This document shows, piece after piece, positions 49,295 through 53,598 of a stretch of 53,598 nucleotides of DNA. The position numbers were made by a program, and so were the translations under genes. The DNA comes from Candidatus Thorarchaeota archaeon (GTDB lineage: Archaea > Asgardarchaeota > Thorarchaeia > Thorarchaeales > Thorarchaeaceae), in contig JBHLRS010000022.1 of the NCBI GenBank assembly GCA_048882325.1, positions 1 to 53,598 on the forward strand, in the 5' to 3' direction. Every line of letters begins with the position of its first letter. Position 1 is the stretch's first letter. Under the pieces are notes generated by a model that saw only the letters and a list, made by a program, of their open reading frames with translations, made no database searches and was not told the DNA's origin.

Positions 49295-49552
49295 ATGAGC
49301 AGAAAGACGTACAGAGATGCTAAGGGATACTTGAGATTCATTGATTCGGGTAAGCTTGTTCATCGTTGGAGTGCCGAGAGGAAATTAGGTCGACGTCTTA
49401 AACCTGGTGAGGTTGTCCATCATCAGAACAAGATTAAGACTAACAATCGCTATGGAAATCTACATGTCTTCAGCTCGCGCAAGGCACATCAGGCGCATCA
49501 TATCAAGCAAGCGTGGATCAAGGCAAAACGCCGTCGAACTCTGAAGCGATGA
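49295..49552 (+). CDS. Small HNH endonuclease (HNH_3-like)
   Basis: GYLRF...VHRWSAERKLGRRLKPGEVVHHQNKIKTNNRYGNL...HQAHH. Confidence 0.88.
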   Translation: MSRKTYRDAKGYLRFIDSGKLVHRWSAERKLGRRLKPGEVVHHQNKIKTNNRYGNLHVFSSRKAHQAHHIKQAWIKAKRRRTLKR

Positions 49553-49617
49553 ATTATATGCAGCTCATTTTAATACAGGATTACATTGGAGAGGAAAAGT
49601 TGCGAGGGTGCTGACTA

Positions 49618-50685
49618 TTGACAAAAACATCAAGTTCCACGCAAACAGCTTCAGAATGTGACTTACCAGGAAAAGAGCTCACCACTTTTGAGAAGTACTT
49701 GCCATTATGGATAGCTGTCTGTATGGTCATCGGTATAGTTCTATCATTGGTTGTTCCGGGCATAAGCGAGGCCATAAATTCATGGCAATTTGCAGGCATA
49801 TCTATACCGATTGGAATCTGTCTATTCTTGATGATGTACCCAGCGATGTTGAACATTCAAGCCTCAGAGTTAAGAAAGCTGAGAAGAAATCCAAAACCCA
49901 TCATACTCACCTTGATTTCGAATTGGATTGTTGCACCGATTGTGGGTTTCTTTCTGGCTTGGACTTTGCTTGCAGACCATCCACAACTCATTGTGGCAGT
50001 GATTCTACTTTCCTCTAGTCCCTGTACAGCAATGGTTCTGGTGTGGGGATACTTAGCAGAGGGTAACCAGGAACAGAACGTGGTCAACACTACTCTAAAC
50101 ACAATAAGCATTCTAGTTCTCTTCGCGCCTCTTGTCTCTCTGTTCACTGGAATCTCAAACATTCCAATCAATCGGTTGTTGTTGGTCATCTCAGTATTCG
50201 TTTTCATTGGAATCCCCTTGGTATTGGGATTGATTTCAAGAAGGTCTCTAGTTGGATGGAAGGGAAAAGAATGGTTTGAAACAAAATATAGACCAGCAGT
50301 GGGAAATCTGGCCCTTCTAGCACTTCTAACAACTCTCGTGGTACTCTTCTCGTTGAATGGCATGGTAATGCTTGAAAATCCAGATCTATTGGTGCTTGTT
50401 TCAATTCCACTTCTACTAGGATTTGCAATCGTTGTGGGATATAACCTAGTAGTTACTCGCTTGGCAAATCTGGCATATCGGGAAGCAACAATCACAGTCA
50501 TCATTGGGTCATCAAGTCACTTCGAGATTGCTATCGCGACAGCAATATCGATGTTTGGTGTTGGTTCAATAGCAGCCCTCGGCACAACCATGGGACTGTT
50601 TTGGGAAGTTCCGATTATGCTGGGACTTATATACTTGGCAAGGTATCTACGAAAGAGGAACTTTTGGAAAGGTGAACCGATGTAG
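49618..50685 (+). CDS. acr3: Acr3-family arsenite efflux transporter
   Basis: FEKYLPLW, MMYP, NWIVAP, PCTAMVLVW, SSHFEIAIATA and EVPIML. Confidence 0.93.
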   Translation: MTKTSSSTQTASECDLPGKELTTFEKYLPLWIAVCMVIGIVLSLVVPGISEAINSWQFAGISIPIGICLFLMMYPAMLNIQASELRKLRRNPKPIILTLISNWIVAPIVGFFLAWTLLADHPQLIVAVILLSSSPCTAMVLVWGYLAEGNQEQNVVNTTLNTISILVLFAPLVSLFTGISNIPINRLLLVISVFVFIGIPLVLGLISRRSLVGWKGKEWFETKYRPAVGNLALLALLTTLVVLFSLNGMVMLENPDLLVLVSIPLLLGFAIVVGYNLVVTRLANLAYREATITVIIGSSSHFEIAIATAISMFGVGSIAALGTTMGLFWEVPIMLGLIYLARYLRKRNFWKGEPM

Positions 50686-50688
50686 AAG

Positions 50689-51555
50689 TCACGACTTCCC
50701 TTCAATTTCAGATTGCACATAGGATACCTTTGCAAACAGATGCTTGTCCTTGTGTTTATGTGCCTCAACCAAATTCAAATCACGAAGGTCATATTCGAAT
50801 TTCTTACATGCCCAATCAATCCATGCTTCTCGTGCTTCCCTAGCAATGATGCTTGCAGCGGCAACCGCAGTTTCATCCTCAGCTTTCGGGCGTTGTACGA
50901 GCTCAATCTTGTTTAGGTCGATTTTGACTCGAAGTCTTGCTTCAGTTTTGACTCGAGCAAACTGGTCAACAACTATCTTGATGGGTTCTTCGCGATTCTT
51001 CACAGACTCATATACTTCTGTGATTACCTTTGTGTGTGCCCAAGCAAGCATATCGTTGAGATTCTTACCTTCCTTACGAAATTCCTCAATCTGTACATTG
51101 AACTTCTCGGGGGAGATGAGTAGAGATTCGACCTTGAGGGCATTCCTCCTCACTGTTTTTGAGAGTTCTGAAATCCTACTCACAGACATACTTTTGCTGT
51201 CCATAACACCTAATGCACGCATAATTGCTGTCTGATCGGGTGTGAGTGCAACAGCCGCAACAGTCAATGGTCCAAGCCATTCACCCTTTCCAGCCTCGTC
51301 AGAACCAATCACCAATACTGTATCTGAATCAGAATCCAAATCCAAGATTGCATTCTGTACTGCGACTGTGGAATGTGGACCATTGCTTACAACCTTTCCA
51401 CTCGTATATACGACGATGACCTCCCCTGCCAACATTATTCGGAATGCCTCATACTCGTTAGTTGTTTCAAGATCTGATGCATCTCTGCTATCAAGGATTC
51501 GTCTATGGAGTTCCTCTATCCGCTCTGGTTGAATCTTGACAACTGTGGGTTTCAA
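50689..51555 (-). CDS. rnhC: Ribonuclease HIII (TBP-like N-domain + type 2 RNase H domain)
   Basis: N-terminal YEAFRI...IVVYTSGKVV, IGSDEAGKGEWLGP, GVMDSK, NLNDMLAWAH, VDQF and KAEDETAVAAASIIAR. Start is TTG 51555 or 51579. Confidence 0.88.
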   Translation of the reverse strand: MKPTVVKIQPERIEELHRRILDSRDASDLETTNEYEAFRIMLAGEVIVVYTSGKVVSNGPHSTVAVQNAILDLDSDSDTVLVIGSDEAGKGEWLGPLTVAAVALTPDQTAIMRALGVMDSKSMSVSRISELSKTVRRNALKVESLLISPEKFNVQIEEFRKEGKNLNDMLAWAHTKVITEVYESVKNREEPIKIVVDQFARVKTEARLRVKIDLNKIELVQRPKAEDETAVAAASIIAREAREAWIDWACKKFEYDLRDLNLVEAHKHKDKHLFAKVSYVQSEIEGKS

Positions 51556-51611
51556 ATACACCTCTCCACGTGATATCACTGCATGTTGGTATTATGTCTT
51601 AAGGTGTACTG

Positions 51612-52448
51612 CTAGAACTTGCGAATCTCCACATTGAGTTCCATAGTTTCCGCTTCAACTGACAAGACACCATAGAAGCCATTCACTACTGCAGGAATCA
51701 TGATACAATCCGTATTTTCGATTTGGAATGTGTAATGCTGATGATTGTGACCGGACAGAGAAAGAGATACATCGTGTTCTGCGATGAATTGAGCTACAGC
51801 TTTACTTCCTGTTGACACTCCTATTGCAAAAGCAGAAACAACCCCTGGTTCGTATGGCGGCATATGCGAGATGAGTATCTTAATCGGGCTACTCTTGATC
51901 TGTTCATATGCAGTCACGAGGATCTCATGTATCTGTTCTTCGGGATGTTCAAACGGACTTGTGTACACATCGAGTTTGGATAATACAAAGTCACTCCATT
52001 CCTCTACAACGAATTTACCATTCTCAAAGAATATGCCAAACGCGTTCCAAGTCTCCATGGTACGCTCATCAGGGGAGATACTCGATGTATCCTGTGTCTT
52101 GAAGAACTCGCGAATATCAGAAATAGTCTTGCTGGTTTCTTGCACCCCACCAACACCAAAGAATCCGACATCCTCGAAACTCTGTCCTTTACAATGGATG
52201 TTTATTCCAAGATTGTCGAGAGCCTCACGAACTCTAGGAAGTGGACCGTTTCCAGGCACTCCTATCATCCAGTTACTTGCTTCTTTAATTCTAGTCAGAT
52301 TGTCAATTGACGCCTGGGTGAACTTTCTAAAAGTCATCAGGTCTCCAAGGAAAATTACACCATCCATCTCGCTAGCGAGTCTGAGCATCTTGTCTAAGTG
52401 TACCCATGTGTCATGAATATCGGTCAAAATCAAGAATTTCAGCTGCAA
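51612..52448 (-). CDS. Calcineurin-like metallophosphoesterase (Icc-related)
   Basis: LTDIH, GDL, VPGN, SHMPP and SGHNH. Confidence 0.9.
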   Translation of the reverse strand: MQLKFLILTDIHDTWVHLDKMLRLASEMDGVIFLGDLMTFRKFTQASIDNLTRIKEASNWMIGVPGNGPLPRVREALDNLGINIHCKGQSFEDVGFFGVGGVQETSKTISDIREFFKTQDTSSISPDERTMETWNAFGIFFENGKFVVEEWSDFVLSKLDVYTSPFEHPEEQIHEILVTAYEQIKSSPIKILISHMPPYEPGVVSAFAIGVSTGSKAVAQFIAEHDVSLSLSGHNHQHYTFQIENTDCIMIPAVVNGFYGVLSVEAETMELNVEIRKF

Positions 52449-53231
52449 TCACTCCTGAGTTCTTAGATGTGATACATCACCAAGAAGTACGTTCACAATA
52501 CCATCATCTGTTTTAACTATAAGACTTCCATCATTGTTGATATCTATTGCAACACCGTCAATATTCTTTTCAGCCTCATGTATACGAACTCTTGCTCCCA
52601 AAGTGGAACTCAGTTCTCGCCATTCACTAAGAATCCTAGTATAAGAGGCATCCTCCTCCAGGATCTGAAGAAGTGCATCAATCTCATTCACGATTGAACA
52701 TAACAATGATTCAGCAGATGTTTCTTTTCCAAGTTCATCAATGACGGATGTGGTCGGCCATACAAGACCTGAAGGCATATCTGATACTGGGCAGTTCTGG
52801 TTCACACCAATCCCAACTACTATTCCAATAGTTTCGTTTTGTACAGACACAGCTTCACTCAGAATCCCGGAAATCTTACTCTCCCCAATCAGGACATCAT
52901 TAGGCCATTTCAACCTCACATTCTTAACTCCCAAAGCATTTAGACTTCGGGCAACAGCACATGCGCCAAGAATCCCAAGAAGAGGCACGTTTTCCAATCC
53001 GAAACGAGGCTTTAGTATGATTGAGAAATAGAGACCACCATCAGGAGAGAGCCATAACCGATCCCTTCTTCCGCGTCCTGAGGTCTGGGTTCTAGCGGAC
53101 ACTATGAGTCCTTCAGTTTCACCTTGGATGAGAAGTTCCTTTGCCACAGAGTTTGTTGAATCTACACTATTGAAGGATTTCACCCGTGGATGAAGAACAC
53201 TTGTTTTGAAACACTCAAAGCGGTCACTCAA
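52449..53231 (-). CDS. birA: Biotin--protein ligase (class I, no HTH)
   Basis: DSTN, QTSGRGRRDRLWLSP, KWPNDV, KISGILSE and GIGVN. Confidence 0.96.
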   Translation of the reverse strand: MSDRFECFKTSVLHPRVKSFNSVDSTNSVAKELLIQGETEGLIVSARTQTSGRGRRDRLWLSPDGGLYFSIILKPRFGLENVPLLGILGACAVARSLNALGVKNVRLKWPNDVLIGESKISGILSEAVSVQNETIGIVVGIGVNQNCPVSDMPSGLVWPTTSVIDELGKETSAESLLCSIVNEIDALLQILEEDASYTRILSEWRELSSTLGARVRIHEAEKNIDGVAIDINNDGSLIVKTDDGIVNVLLGDVSHLRTQE

Positions 53232-53332
53232 TCTGAATCAACGAATATAATGATGATAGCTATTTGAACTCAAGGGAATCTACAGTGATGACTTATATTG
53301 TGGGTGGAGATGTGAGCAAATGTGTGGTTTGC

Positions 53333-53598
53333 ATGCCAAGTTTTGCAGGAGCATTGATTCTACAAGATGAAAAGAAGACACTTCTCTTTAAGAACCGGGA
53401 TATGTTAACATCATCACCTCACATTGATGGTCTGTTTTATGATGTCGATTGTTTTGGAGTTAAGGGATTCAACAAATCGACCCGTGCACTTGAGGGTCTA
53501 GCGATTGGCGTAAACCGGCACGGTTTGGCAATCGCAAACACGAATGTTTTGAGGACACCGGACCCATCCTATACAGTGCTCACTGAACAACTCCTCCT
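53333..53598 (+). CDS. Ntn-hydrolase (C45/AAT-like), truncated at the right edge
   Basis: Hand translation: MPSFAGALILQDEKKTLLFKNRD...GVNRHGLAIANT. An alternative in-frame GTG lies at 53312. Confidence 0.7.
   Translation, partial: MPSFAGALILQDEKKTLLFKNRDMLTSSPHIDGLFYDVDCFGVKGFNKSTRALEGLAIGVNRHGLAIANTNVLRTPDPSYTVLTEQLL

Noticed and set aside
49295-49552. HNH as an intron/intein homing endonuclease or mobile element
   Set aside because: It is free-standing, with no interrupted host gene, terminal repeats or target duplication seen.
49618-50685. Arsenic-resistance operon
   Set aside because: acr3 stands alone; no arsR, arsC or arsM is adjacent.

Overview
This is a 53.6-kb archaeal window, most likely from an Asgard archaeon resembling Thorarchaeia. 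That assignment is an inference from gene content (three roadblock/LC7 proteins, a longin-like protein, a small GTPase, a 24-aa LRR protein, double-Lrp regulators, a zf-PARP protein) and from GAGGTGA ribosome-binding sites. I saw no rRNA, tRNA, CRISPR array or transposase. The left part holds a large secreted protein missed by the ORF track (<1..2813, minus) whose repeats are nested, an operon of oxo-acid carboxyltransferase + biotin carrier + Cys-less thiolase, an LRR gene between 18-bp direct repeats, and assorted metabolic, regulatory and secreted genes. The centre (27781..45721) is an ~18-kb cytoplasmic signalling island. A minus-strand run encodes a V4R/MetOD1-like protein, three roadblock proteins, an MglA/conservon-type GTPase, a PAS histidine kinase, a wHTH protein and a longin-wHTH protein. 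Next to it are two REC-multiPAS-kinases (5 and 13 PAS) and two more wHTH regulators. The right part has an NLR-like STAND ATPase followed by an HNH nuclease, acr3, RNase HIII, a metallophosphoesterase, birA and a truncated Ntn-hydrolase. The best candidates for undescribed systems are (1) the two-component/small-GTPase switch island built from Ragulator/GATOR-like domain types, (2) a putative archaeal transcarboxylase assembled through a fused PccX/MmdD-like tail, and (3) the STAND+HNH pair. All domain calls come from reading motifs by eye; no searches were run.
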